NCBI GenBank assembly: GCA_947259975.1
Contig: CAMYOD010000039.1
Coordinates: forward strand, 12,997 to 76,996
Direction: 5' to 3'
DNA length: 64,000 bases
Source: an uncultured Gammaproteobacteria bacterium
GTDB lineage: Bacteria > Pseudomonadota > Gammaproteobacteria > HyVt-429
The translations under genes were made by a program, and so were the position numbers. Below the pieces are notes generated by a model. That model was not told the DNA's origin. It did no database searches and worked only from the letters and a program-made list of their open reading frames with translations. Below, in pieces: positions 20,954 through 29,965 of the stretch; position 1 is the first letter of the stretch; every line of letters starts with the position of its first letter.

Positions 20954-21913
20954 TTACAATCCGGGCAGCGGCGGACCGCTGCGTATAATGCCGATCGCCA
21001 ACCACACGAGCACCAGAAAATAGATCATGCGCGGCAGCCATTCGGCAAGCGCGGCGTCGAATTGGTCGATTCGCTGTTGTTCCAGTACCGCGTAATGCCT
21101 CAGCCGCTCGGGAAGTTTGCCGCTGACTTCGCCGCTATGCAAAGAATGCCGTGCCGCCGCGGCCAGAAACGGGTTGTGTGCGAAGGTCTCGGCCAGCGAA
21201 GCCCCGTGTCGCAGCGGCGCAGCGGTCTGCGCGAAACTTGCGCGTAGTGTCGCATTCGTCACCGCATTGGCGGCCAGTATGACCGCGTCGTCAGCGGGCA
21301 CACCGCTTTCAAGCGCGACGCCAAGAAGTTCGAGAAACGCCGCCACATGGCGCCGCACATGCACGGGCCCGTAGCCCGGCAGTCCCGGCAGCAGACCGTC
21401 CCACAGATTGCGCAAGCGCGTGCCGCGCAGCCAGCGCGGTAGCTGCACGACGACAAAAAGCAGCGCCATGAGCTTAACGAGCCGCAGCACGGTGCGCGCA
21501 AAATATTCACCGGCATCGATGGTGCCGGCGACCAGGGTGGGCAACGGGGCGATAAACACCGCCACGATCAGGATAAGGGCCGGTAACAGGAGTCGCCGGC
21601 GCAAGGCGTTTGTGCGGGCGGCGCGACGGGTGAAAAGTTTTGCGAGCCGTGTATAGATCCATGCCGGGCTGCCGCTCTGGGTGGCGGCATGAATGAGCCC
21701 GGCCTCGTAGTGACCAAACAGTCCGGCGCGTTCCCCGGCCCGTGCAAGGGCGGCGCCTCGCGATACCGCATGGGCCGCCCGGGCAGCGCACGCACGCAAG
21801 CCGCGGTGCGCGCCGGCCGCGGTTTGCAGCGCGCGCGGGCAGGGGACGCCGGCCTCTTCCAGGGCCGCCAGTTGCGCGTACATGTCGCCGCGCACTTGAT
21901 CAGCGATGTGCAC
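20954..21913 (-). CDS. Type II secretion system F (GspF/PilC/TadB-C-like) domain protein, orphan
   Basis: 319 aa whose C-terminal half has the T2SSF pattern …HSLHSGEVSGKLPERLRHYAVLEQQRIDQFDAALAEWLPRMIYFLVLVWLAIGII…. No secretion ATPase or pilin genes lie nearby. Confidence 0.6.
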   Translation of the reverse strand: MHIADQVRGDMYAQLAALEEAGVPCPRALQTAAGAHRGLRACAARAAHAVSRGAALARAGERAGLFGHYEAGLIHAATQSGSPAWIYTRLAKLFTRRAARTNALRRRLLLPALILIVAVFIAPLPTLVAGTIDAGEYFARTVLRLVKLMALLFVVVQLPRWLRGTRLRNLWDGLLPGLPGYGPVHVRRHVAAFLELLGVALESGVPADDAVILAANAVTNATLRASFAQTAAPLRHGASLAETFAHNPFLAAAARHSLHSGEVSGKLPERLRHYAVLEQQRIDQFDAALAEWLPRMIYFLVLVWLAIGIIRSGPPLPGL

Positions 21914-22841
21914 GGGGCACCTCCTCCCGGCGCGGCGCGGTACGTGCGAATCGGGTCAACGCAATGCCCGCGAGGATGAGCGCCAGAGCCACCAGCGCCG
22001 TCCATTCCAGTCGCTCACCGAGCACGAGCACACCGGCCACCACCGCCATGACGGGTATCAGGTAATTGATCAGCGACAGGAACGTCGGGCCCGCGGAAGC
22101 GATGAGTTTGAAATAAAGAATGGTCGGCAGAGCGGTGGCGAACACACCGAGCACGAGCACCGCGGCCAGCGACGCGGGCGAAGGCGACAGGGTCCACGGC
22201 CGATCATGCAGCAGGGCAACCGGCAGCATGATCAGTGTGGACACGATCATGACACCGGCGGAGGCGACGATGGCGTCGGTGCGCGGCATATTGCGCGCCA
22301 CGATCATGGTCACCGCGTAGCACAGCGCGCCGAGCAGAATGGCCCCCTGTGACAGGAGTTCGGTCTGGCTCGTCGCGACCGGGCCGGCCGCTTCCGGGCC
22401 CAATAATACCAATAGCCCACCGAAGCCGAGCAGGAAACCGAGGGCCTTGCCGGCATTGATACGTTCGCCGGCGACATAGAAGTGTGCCAGCACCAGCGTC
22501 GCCAACGGCGCGACGGCCATGAGGATACCGGCAAGCGCGCTATCCACCTCGCGCTCGCCCCAGGTGATGAGGAAGAATGGCAGCGCGTTGCCGATTACAC
22601 CGATGGTGACAAAGGACTGCCAGCTGTTCCGATCCCGCGGCAACGCCCGCGCGCGGGAACTCACCACCGCAATGAGAATCAGGGCGGCGAGCAACAGGCG
22701 TCCGGCCACCGCGGTCGCCGGGGGGATGGTCGCCACCGAGATCTTGATGAACAGAAACGCGGTGCCCCACATGAGCACCAGGCCCGCCAGGTAGAGCCAG
22801 TTTGTTACCGCACGACTGAGGCCCGTTGGACAAAAAGACAT
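21900..22841 (-). CDS. EamA/DMT family transporter
   Basis: 313 aa with 10 TM segments and two EamA repeats (…GTAFLFIKISVATIPPATAVAGRLLLAALIL… / …GVFATALPTILYFKLIASAGPTFLSLINYLIPVMAVVAGVLVLGERL…). Confidence 0.85.
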   Translation of the reverse strand: MSFCPTGLSRAVTNWLYLAGLVLMWGTAFLFIKISVATIPPATAVAGRLLLAALILIAVVSSRARALPRDRNSWQSFVTIGVIGNALPFFLITWGEREVDSALAGILMAVAPLATLVLAHFYVAGERINAGKALGFLLGFGGLLVLLGPEAAGPVATSQTELLSQGAILLGALCYAVTMIVARNMPRTDAIVASAGVMIVSTLIMLPVALLHDRPWTLSPSPASLAAVLVLGVFATALPTILYFKLIASAGPTFLSLINYLIPVMAVVAGVLVLGERLEWTALVALALILAGIALTRFARTAPRREEVPRAHR

Positions 22842-23047
22842 ATAAATCAGTGACCTGCGTTATTATTCGGCGGCGCCCGGGCTTCGCATTGGCCCGCGGA
22901 GCGGCTATACTGAGAATTCAGCCGCCCCGCGGCCCCGGCGCGTTCCCACTGCAGATTCAGTGATCGCCCGGGTGCCGATAACAGCGCCAATAACCGCGGG
23001 CAGCGAACCACAATTAAAAACCAACAATATCAGAAAGAGGTGACGCC

Positions 23048-23251
23048 ATGGCGACCGGTACGGTCAAATGGTTTAACAACGCCAAAGGGTATGGGTTTAT
23101 CGAGCCTGCGGAAGGTGGCGCGGACGTCTTCGTTCATCATACTTCGATCCAGGGTGAGGGATTCAAGACATTGAACGAAGGTCAACCGGTAAACTTCGAA
23201 GTGCAGGAAGGCCCGAAAGGACTGCACGCCACCGAAGTCGTACCCACGTAA
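23048..23251 (+). CDS. cspA: Cold-shock protein, CspA family
   Basis: 67 aa, [52 protein letters not shown], with canonical RNP1 and RNP2 motifs. Confidence 0.95.
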   Translation: MATGTVKWFNNAKGYGFIEPAEGGADVFVHHTSIQGEGFKTLNEGQPVNFEVQEGPKGLHATEVVPT

Positions 23252-23343
23252 CCAAGCGACCCGCGCGAGCTAAGGTTTTGGTGCACGGCCAGGCGCCCTG
23301 TGCCATATTTCGCCGTGCCCGCAAACAACCCCGACGCGATACC

Positions 23344-23544
23344 ATGACAACCCTTGATCAGTACCCGCTGGCGGAGATGAAGCGTATCTATCGCCTGCTG
23401 CACGGCCACCTGACGGAAGACCCGGAACTCATGGACTCGGATTTCCTGCACGATTTGCAGCGCCACCTGCAGGCATGCGCCGCGCGCGACGGCGTGGATG
23501 TCTCCATGCACGCCGACTGGGCGGCGTGGCTCGATCACCCCTGA
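23344..23544 (+). CDS. Hypothetical small protein
   Basis: 66 aa from an internal ATG (MTTLDQYPLAEMKRIYRLLHGHLTEDPELMDSDF…); no recognisable family. Confidence 0.35.
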   Translation: MTTLDQYPLAEMKRIYRLLHGHLTEDPELMDSDFLHDLQRHLQACAARDGVDVSMHADWAAWLDHP

Positions 23545-23646
23545 TCCCAACCTCGGCGGTCGGCGGAATCCTCCGTGCGGGCATTAACATGCACGACGCG
23601 CCGGTTTATGATCCGCGCCTTCGCGAACTGAATCCGATCACATCCG

Positions 23647-24582
23647 ATGACAACCGCACTGGCAATTAAAGGCCTTACCAAGACCTATGGTAACGGTGTA
23701 CAGGCGCTGCGCGGTATCGATCTCGTCGTCGATGAGGGCGATTTCTTCGGCTTGCTCGGCCCCAACGGTGCCGGTAAGTCGACCACCATCGGCATCATCA
23801 GCTCGCTGGTGAACAAGACCGGGGGCCGGGTGGAAATCTTCGGCCAGGACCTGGATACACAGCTCGCCGCGGCCAAGCCCTATCTCGGTATCGTACCGCA
23901 GGAATTCAACTTCAGCATTTTCGAAACGCCGCGCCAGATTCTGATCAATCAGGCGGGCTACTACGGGCTCGAACGCCGGCTCGCGCGCCAGCGGGCGGAG
24001 AAGTATCTGCGCGCGCTGGGATTATGGGACAAGCGCGACGGCGCTGCCCGCGAATTGTCCGGCGGCATGAAACGGCGTCTCATGATCGCGCGCGCCCTGG
24101 TGCATGAACCGCGCCTGTTGATTCTCGACGAGCCCACCGCCGGTGTGGACATCGAGATTCGTCGTAGCATGTGGGATTATCTGCGCCGTATCAACGCGCA
24201 GGGCACGACCATCATCCTCACGACCCATTATCTCGAAGAGGCGGAAAGTCTATGCCGCAACATCGCAATCATCGATCACGGTGCGATCGTGGAGAACACC
24301 AGCACCAAGGCCTTGCTGAGCCAGCTGCACATCGAAACCTTCGTGCTCGATCTGAACGGGCCGGTGGCGGCCGAACTCACGCTGCCCGGACATGCATTAC
24401 GGGTGCTGGATGACACCACCGTCGAGGTCGACATCTCGAAAGAAAGCAGCCTCAATGATCTGTTCAATGATTTGTCGGCGCGTGGCATTGAAGTGATCAG
24501 TATGCGCAACAAGAGCAACCGGCTCGAAGAGCTGTTTCTGCACATGGTCGGTCGCGAATCCGAAAACGGAGCGCAAGCATGA
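23647..24582 (+). CDS. ABC transporter ATP-binding protein (ABC-2 type, YadG-like)
   Basis: Walker A GPNGAGKST, signature LSGGMKRRL, Walker B LILDEPT. Coupled to the downstream permease (ATGA overlap). Confidence 0.92.
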   Translation: MTTALAIKGLTKTYGNGVQALRGIDLVVDEGDFFGLLGPNGAGKSTTIGIISSLVNKTGGRVEIFGQDLDTQLAAAKPYLGIVPQEFNFSIFETPRQILINQAGYYGLERRLARQRAEKYLRALGLWDKRDGAARELSGGMKRRLMIARALVHEPRLLILDEPTAGVDIEIRRSMWDYLRRINAQGTTIILTTHYLEEAESLCRNIAIIDHGAIVENTSTKALLSQLHIETFVLDLNGPVAAELTLPGHALRVLDDTTVEVDISKESSLNDLFNDLSARGIEVISMRNKSNRLEELFLHMVGRESENGAQA

Positions 24583-25352
24583 CGTTGACGGAAAAATACA
24601 ATGCCCTGAAGACTATCGTCATCAAAGAGGTGACGCGATTTTCCCGCATTTGGGTGCAGACGATTCTGCCGCCGGTAATCACGACCGCGTTGTATTTCGT
24701 TATTTTCGGCAACCTCATCGGGCCGCGTATCGGCGAGATGGACGGCTATCGCTACATCGAATACATCATCCCCGGACTCATCATGATGTCGGTGATCACC
24801 AGCTCATATGCGAACGTGGTGTCCTCCTTCTACAGCGCGAAGTTTCAGCGGCATATCGAGGAGATCCTCGTTTCCCCCACGCCCAACTATCTCATCGTCA
24901 TCGGTTATCTGGCCGGTGGTGTGGGGCGTGCGATGTGCGTCGGTGGCGCGGTGACCGTGGTGTCACTGCTGTTCTCGGATCTCAGAATCCACAATATTTT
25001 CATGACCTTCAGCATCGGTCTGCTGACGGCGATCCTGTTTTCGCTGGGCGGCCTGCTCAACGGGATTTTTGCCAAGAGTTTCGACGACATCTCGATCGTG
25101 CCGACATTTGTTTTGACGCCACTCACCTACCTGGGCGGCGTGTTCTATTCGATCAACATGCTGCCCGAGTTCTGGCGCTCGGTGTCTCTGGGCAACCCGA
25201 TTCTGTATATGGTGAACGGGTTCCGTTACGGTGTGCTCGGTAACAGCGATATTGCGCCGTTGGGCTCCTACGCCATCATCATCGGCTTCATCGTCGTGTT
25301 GTTCGCGGTCAGTCTGCACTTGCTGCGCCGTGGGCACGGCATTCGCAATTAG
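24579..25352 (+). CDS. ABC-2 type transporter permease (YadH-like)
   Basis: 257 aa with 6 TM segments, …TILPPVITTALYFVIFGNLIGPRIGEMDGYRYIEYIIPGLIMMSVI…. Confidence 0.9.
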   Translation: MTLTEKYNALKTIVIKEVTRFSRIWVQTILPPVITTALYFVIFGNLIGPRIGEMDGYRYIEYIIPGLIMMSVITSSYANVVSSFYSAKFQRHIEEILVSPTPNYLIVIGYLAGGVGRAMCVGGAVTVVSLLFSDLRIHNIFMTFSIGLLTAILFSLGGLLNGIFAKSFDDISIVPTFVLTPLTYLGGVFYSINMLPEFWRSVSLGNPILYMVNGFRYGVLGNSDIAPLGSYAIIIGFIVVLFAVSLHLLRRGHGIRN

Positions 25353-25362
25353 CGCACCGTGC

Positions 25363-25743
25363 TCACGGCGCGACCGTGAGGGTTGCGATGGTCAGGATGC
25401 CGAGCACCCCGAAGCCGGTCGCGGTGACCCACAGGCTGCCGACCAGGATCAGCTTCAGCAGTGGCCGGTGCACGAAGTCGTCGATAATGGCGCGAAAACC
25501 GTTCACGGCGTGGTACAGGGCGAACACCACAAAGGTGATGTCGATGACCTTCCAGGCCGGGGACGTCAGGCGCGCCATGACCTTGTCATAGGTCACCGGG
25601 CCCTCGGTGGCATAGTGCAAGACGAAGAAGTGCAGAAACAACAAAACCACCAGCGCCACCCCTGAAACCCGCTGCAGCATCCAGTCACGGGTGCCGGCGT
25701 GTGAGGAACCGAGATTGTCGCGGGTCATCGTCGGGGCACCCAT
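25363..25743 (-). CDS. sdhD: Succinate dehydrogenase hydrophobic membrane anchor subunit SdhD
   Basis: 126 aa with 3 TM segments, …DWMLQRVSGVALVVLLFLHFFVLHYA…FVVFALYHAVNGFRAIIDD…; immediately follows sdhC. Confidence 0.8.
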   Translation of the reverse strand: MGAPTMTRDNLGSSHAGTRDWMLQRVSGVALVVLLFLHFFVLHYATEGPVTYDKVMARLTSPAWKVIDITFVVFALYHAVNGFRAIIDDFVHRPLLKLILVGSLWVTATGFGVLGILTIATLTVAP

Positions 25744-26142
25744 TCAGTGTCCGAAGGCGAGACGCAAGAAGGGTACCGCGCCGACCAGCGTCAACACGGC
25801 CACCAAGACAAGGGTCGCGAAGATTGTCCGACCCATAACCTCGCGGGCGACCAGCCGGCCGAATTCCACGAATACGACGCGCACGCCGTTAAGGGCATGG
25901 AACAGCACCGCCCCCAACAGGCCGATCTCGAGCACATGGAACAGTGGCGACTGCACCACCGCCATGATGTCGTTGAAGGCGGCCTCACCATGGCTCAAGT
26001 GGTGCACCACCCAGATGTGGACGAAGAGATAGATGCCGAGCAGAACCCCGGTGAGCCGGTGCAACGCGAACGCGATAAAGCCCGGGGACAGACGCCGCAA
26101 GAACGTCGGTCGATCGATCGGTCTGCGGACAGGCGCATCCAT
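25744..26142 (-). CDS. sdhC: Succinate dehydrogenase cytochrome b556 subunit SdhC
   Basis: 132 aa, …FIAFALHRLTGVLLGIYLFVHIWVVHH…FHALNGVRVVF…, carrying the SdhC heme-ligand histidine context. No sdhA or sdhB follows. Confidence 0.8.
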   Translation of the reverse strand: MDAPVRRPIDRPTFLRRLSPGFIAFALHRLTGVLLGIYLFVHIWVVHHLSHGEAAFNDIMAVVQSPLFHVLEIGLLGAVLFHALNGVRVVFVEFGRLVAREVMGRTIFATLVLVAVLTLVGAVPFLRLAFGH

Positions 26143-26175
26143 CCCGATCGCTTTATGCGCGTTGCCCAGTTTGCC

Positions 26176-26682
26176 CTACATCGACATTTCCAGGTCGGTC
26201 TGGATGGCCGCGAGTCCGGCGGCGGCACACTTCTCATCGGTCTCGCCGCTGGGCGCGCCGCTCACGCCGATGCCGCCGAGGATGCTGCTGCCGGCCGCGA
26301 TGGGCAGGGCGCCGGCGCTGAGCACCAAACGTTCGTCCTTGCCGACGCCATAGGCACCGCTGAAGCGGTCAATTAGCGTGGAAGTCGGCGCGTTGAACGT
26401 CATGGCGGTGTAGGCCTTGCGCTGACTGATGGCGATGGTGAGATCCATGGCCAAGGTGTCGCGCAGCATGACCTGTGTGTGCCCGCCGCGATCGACGATG
26501 GAGACCGCCACATTGACGCCTTCCTTGCGGCAGGCCTCGATGGTGGCCTGTGCGGCTTGTACCGCCATGTCCATGGTGAGACGCTGAATCGGCAGCGTGA
26601 CGGGTTCTTCCTGTTGCTGCGCAAACGCGGGTGCGGTGACGAAAAACATTGATACAAAAAACATCCAGCTAAGGCGCGTCAT
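26176..26682 (-). CDS. GlcG/HbpS-like (DUF336) heme-binding protein, secreted
   Basis: Start MTRLSWMFFVSMFFVTAPAFA (signal peptide), then …AVQAAQATIEACRKEGVNVAVSIVDRGGHTQVMLRDTLA…GGIGVSGAPSGETDEKCAAAG…, typical of the GlcG family. Confidence 0.75.
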   Translation of the reverse strand: MTRLSWMFFVSMFFVTAPAFAQQQEEPVTLPIQRLTMDMAVQAAQATIEACRKEGVNVAVSIVDRGGHTQVMLRDTLAMDLTIAISQRKAYTAMTFNAPTSTLIDRFSGAYGVGKDERLVLSAGALPIAAGSSILGGIGVSGAPSGETDEKCAAAGLAAIQTDLEMSM

Positions 26683-26898
26683 AGCGTTCTCCGTAAGTTG
26701 ACTGAGGTGCGACGACGACAGGCGAAGTTGCCCGCGCCGCAAGCGGCATTGCGAGTATAAATGCTACTGGCCCGATGTGGGTGTGGACTTTGATCTAGAT
26801 CAATGGTTTCGGGCAGCCGGTAATTGACGGAAATCAACGACAGCTCGGTCGGGGGCGGGGATAATTACCCTGCTAGGGGCTATCTGGTTGAGGCAGCC

Positions 26899-27306
26899 AT
26901 GAAACAGTCTCGGGCATTGGTCGCGCTGAGCGCGTGCGGCGCACTGCTCGCAGGGCAGTGGGCGTTTGCCGCGGATTATGCGCCCGACTGGAAACGGGGG
27001 CGCATCTATTACCGTATGGTGTGCACTGCCTGCCACAAGGCCGAGACCGGTCAGTCGATTTCCCCCATGAGCAAAACCATTGCCGAGTGGGGGGAATACG
27101 TCGACACAGACCAGCACGATGCCTCGGCGCGCGCCAACCCCTCATTGAAGTATTACGTCAGCCGCGAATACCGAGACAGCGTCAAGAACGAAAACAAGGC
27201 CGCGGCCAAATTCATCGACGTGCCGGCGGACGAGTTGCTGGCCGACCTCCGCGCATGGGTCGTGCACGGCGCAAAAGACTCGGATACGCCGGCACGTTGC
27301 CAGTAA
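26899..27306 (+). CDS. Periplasmic monoheme c-type cytochrome (CxxCH)
   Basis: Start at the internal ATG MKQSRALVALSACGALLAGQWAFA (signal peptide), with a single CTACH heme-binding motif. It sits 16 bp upstream of yeeE. Confidence 0.65.
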   Translation: MKQSRALVALSACGALLAGQWAFAADYAPDWKRGRIYYRMVCTACHKAETGQSISPMSKTIAEWGEYVDTDQHDASARANPSLKYYVSREYRDSVKNENKAAAKFIDVPADELLADLRAWVVHGAKDSDTPARCQ

Positions 27307-27322
27307 TGACAAGGGGTGAGTA

Positions 27323-28609
27323 ATGGGCACCCAGCCAGATGTGACAGCCAGTCACGCTGTCTGGCATTTCCGTTGGCCGGCGTGGTGCGAGGGTCTGCGC
27401 GAGGACTATGAAAAGGTCTTCGTTGAGCCCTGGTCGCCGTATTTCGGTGCGGTGCTCTTGGCGATCGCAACCTCGGTGCTCATGTTGAGCGGCGTGTTCT
27501 GGGGGGTGTTCGCCGGCCTCAAATTGTGGGGCGACTATCTCAATCAGTTTCTCGGGCTCGGCGGTCTGTTGGGCATCGCTGACAGCCTGGAGAACCCCCT
27601 GTTGCATCGCACCTCACTCATGAACATCACGCTGATCGCAGGTGCGCTGGCCGCCGCGCTGATATCGCGGCAGTTTCGCATCAACCGGCCGCCGCCGGTG
27701 GAATATCTCTGGGGCGCGCTCGGTGGCGTGCTCATGGGTGTGGGCGCCACCCTGGCCGGCGGTTGCACCGTGGGCGGTTTCCTTACGCCGCTGATGTTCG
27801 CCTCGCCGGTGGGCTGGACCATGTGGCTGGGTCTGTTGCTCGGCGCATATCTCGGTCTGCGGCTGCTGTTGTGGGCGATGGAGCGGGTGACCTGGGGTAC
27901 CACGCCCCCGACCGCGACCGCGCATCCCGCGGCGCGGCGGCTCTACCCGCTGTTCGGGCTGTTGCTGATCGTGTTGATGCTCGCTTGGGCGGCGACCTGG
28001 TATGGGGCGGCGGAACAACGTCTCGTCAACCGCGCGATCATCGTGCTGACCGGTTTCGCGCTGGGCTTCATCGTGCACCGGTCGCGCTTCTGCTTCGCGC
28101 ACGCCTTCCGCGAGCCGTTCATGACCGGCGAGGGTGAAATGACCAGGGCCATGATCCTGTTGCTGGCGGTGGGCATTCCGCTCGGCTCCCTGTTATTGCA
28201 GAAGGGTACGGTCGACGCCTATGTCGCGATTCCAGCGGCATTCTGGCTCGGCTCCCTGGTCGGCGGCGTCATCTTCGGCATCGGCATGGTGTTTGCCGGC
28301 GGTTGCGCCACCGGTGCCCTGTGGCGCATCGGCGAGGGGCATTTGAAGCTCGTCGTGGCGGCGGCGTTCTTCGGCTGGACCGGCTCGGTATTCGGCGCGC
28401 TGATGAAGCAATGGGGTGTGACGGTGGCTGACATCGATATCGATTTTCTCGACGGTATTCCCGAGATCACGCAGCTCGGTTTCCAGGCCTACTTGCCCGA
28501 CCTGTTGGGTGGTTGGGGTTGGGTCTACGGTTTGAGCGCCGTGGTGCTCACAGTCTGGTATCTGCTCGTTCGCTATAACGAGTCGAGCGAGCGGTTTACG
28601 GTGTTCTGA
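27323..28609 (+). CDS. YeeE/YedE family inner-membrane protein (putative thiosulfate/sulfur-compound transporter, TsuA-like)
   Basis: 428 aa with a two-fold repeat, each carrying the conserved Cys-containing motif (…TLAGGCTVGGFLTP… and …VFAGGCATGALWR…). Confidence 0.88.
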   Translation: MGTQPDVTASHAVWHFRWPAWCEGLREDYEKVFVEPWSPYFGAVLLAIATSVLMLSGVFWGVFAGLKLWGDYLNQFLGLGGLLGIADSLENPLLHRTSLMNITLIAGALAAALISRQFRINRPPPVEYLWGALGGVLMGVGATLAGGCTVGGFLTPLMFASPVGWTMWLGLLLGAYLGLRLLLWAMERVTWGTTPPTATAHPAARRLYPLFGLLLIVLMLAWAATWYGAAEQRLVNRAIIVLTGFALGFIVHRSRFCFAHAFREPFMTGEGEMTRAMILLLAVGIPLGSLLLQKGTVDAYVAIPAAFWLGSLVGGVIFGIGMVFAGGCATGALWRIGEGHLKLVVAAAFFGWTGSVFGALMKQWGVTVADIDIDFLDGIPEITQLGFQAYLPDLLGGWGWVYGLSAVVLTVWYLLVRYNESSERFTVF

Positions 28610-28714
28610 TGTTCAGCCGCGGGACGCGGTGAGGCATCGGAATTGTTCATTGGCAGGCGCAGGCGACACAATGAGGTGACGCCGTCGCCTATTGAGCAAA
28701 ATCAGGAGGCAGTC

Positions 28715-29860
28715 ATGACACGCAAGGCGAAACGGTTACTCGTCATCGCACTTGGGGTGGCTGCATTGCTGATCTTCTTGCTGCCGCAGGCAGCATCGGC
28801 GGAGGCGCCGGCGACACAGGCAGCCTTCACGCAGTACCCCCATATCGTCGACGTGAAGTTCGTCGAACAGTATGCCGTACTGCCGGCAAGTGGCAAGGCG
28901 GTCATTGTCGACTCGCGCCCGAAAGCGCGCAAGTATGACAAGGGCCACCTTCCGACGGCGATCAGCATTCCCGATCGGCAGTTCGATCAGTTCACGCAGC
29001 TCCTCCCTGAGGACAAATCGACACTGGTGATGTTTTACTGCGGCGGCCTGAAATGTCCGAAGAGTCATAACTCGGCATTCAAGGCGGAAAAGCTCGGCTA
29101 CACCAACCTCAAGGTGTTCGCCACCGGCTATCCGGCCTGGATCAAGGCCGGCAACCCGGGTGCCGTCAGCACCGAGTATGTGAAGAAGCTGGTCGACACG
29201 AAAGGGGCGGTCATTGTCGATGCGCGCCCGAAAGCGCGCAAGTATGACAAGGGCCACATTCCGACCGCGATCAGCATCCCCGATCGGCAGTTCGATCAAC
29301 ATATCGCCGAGCTGCCGGCGGACAAGGCAACGCCGTTGGTGTTTTATTGCGGCGGCATGAAATGTCCGTTGAGCGACAAGTCCGCACGCAAGGCCATGGC
29401 GCTGGGTTACACCAACGTCAAGACCTATCCGCAAGGTTATCCGGCCTGGGTCAAGGCCTACGGTGCGGGTGAAAGCGCCGCCGCGGCGGCACCTGTTGCC
29501 AACGCGGGCTCCGCTCTCGAGGCGGGCAAAGAGGAAGGCACCATTACCATCGCCTCCTTCGAGCGCATCCTCAAGGATGAACCTGCCAGCATCCTGGTGG
29601 TGGACGTGCGCAGCCCGGTGGAATACAAGGCGGGTTCGTTCAAGGGCGCCGTCAATATTCCGATCGACAATCTCGAGAAGAACGTCGAGGAACTTGCGGC
29701 GGACAAGCCGATCGTGTTTATCTGCAACAGCGGTGGCTTGAGCGGTGAGGCCCATGACATGGTCAAGTTGCTGCGGCCGGAACTGACGACCTACTTCATC
29801 GACGCGGAGATCACGTTCAATCAGGACGGCACGTATAAGATCGTACCGCTGGTGGGATGA
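28715..29860 (+). CDS. Periplasmic triple-rhodanese-domain sulfurtransferase
   Basis: AGGAGG 5 nt upstream of the ATG at 28715, with a signal peptide (MTRKAKRLLVIALGVAALLIFLLPQAASAEA). Three rhodanese domains carry active-site Cys loops (FYCGGLKCP, FYCGGMKCP, FICNSGGLSG). The first two domains are a near-identical tandem duplication. Confidence 0.85.
   Translation: MTRKAKRLLVIALGVAALLIFLLPQAASAEAPATQAAFTQYPHIVDVKFVEQYAVLPASGKAVIVDSRPKARKYDKGHLPTAISIPDRQFDQFTQLLPEDKSTLVMFYCGGLKCPKSHNSAFKAEKLGYTNLKVFATGYPAWIKAGNPGAVSTEYVKKLVDTKGAVIVDARPKARKYDKGHIPTAISIPDRQFDQHIAELPADKATPLVFYCGGMKCPLSDKSARKAMALGYTNVKTYPQGYPAWVKAYGAGESAAAAAPVANAGSALEAGKEEGTITIASFERILKDEPASILVVDVRSPVEYKAGSFKGAVNIPIDNLEKNVEELAADKPIVFICNSGGLSGEAHDMVKLLRPELTTYFIDAEITFNQDGTYKIVPLVG
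28890..29525 (+). repeat. Intragenic tandem duplication (2 x ~318 bp) encoding rhodanese domains 1 and 2
   Basis: The identical 33-mer cgcccgaaagcgcgcaagtatgacaagggccac occurs at 28916-28948 and again at 29234-29266; flanking sequence is about 80% identical. Confidence 0.7.
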
Positions 29861-29965
29861 TGCGGTAATAATATCTCGGCGTTCGATCGCCTGCCGGCGG
29901 GTGCGGGGGTCCCCGCCGGCACGGCCTTACTTGTCCGTGCATCCCCGCGGCGCACACGCCCAGCC

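Noticed and set aside
22842-23047. Long cspA 5' leader as a possible regulatory RNA
   Set aside because: Long structured 5' UTRs are standard for cspA-family genes (established knowledge), and nothing unusual could be supported by inspection.
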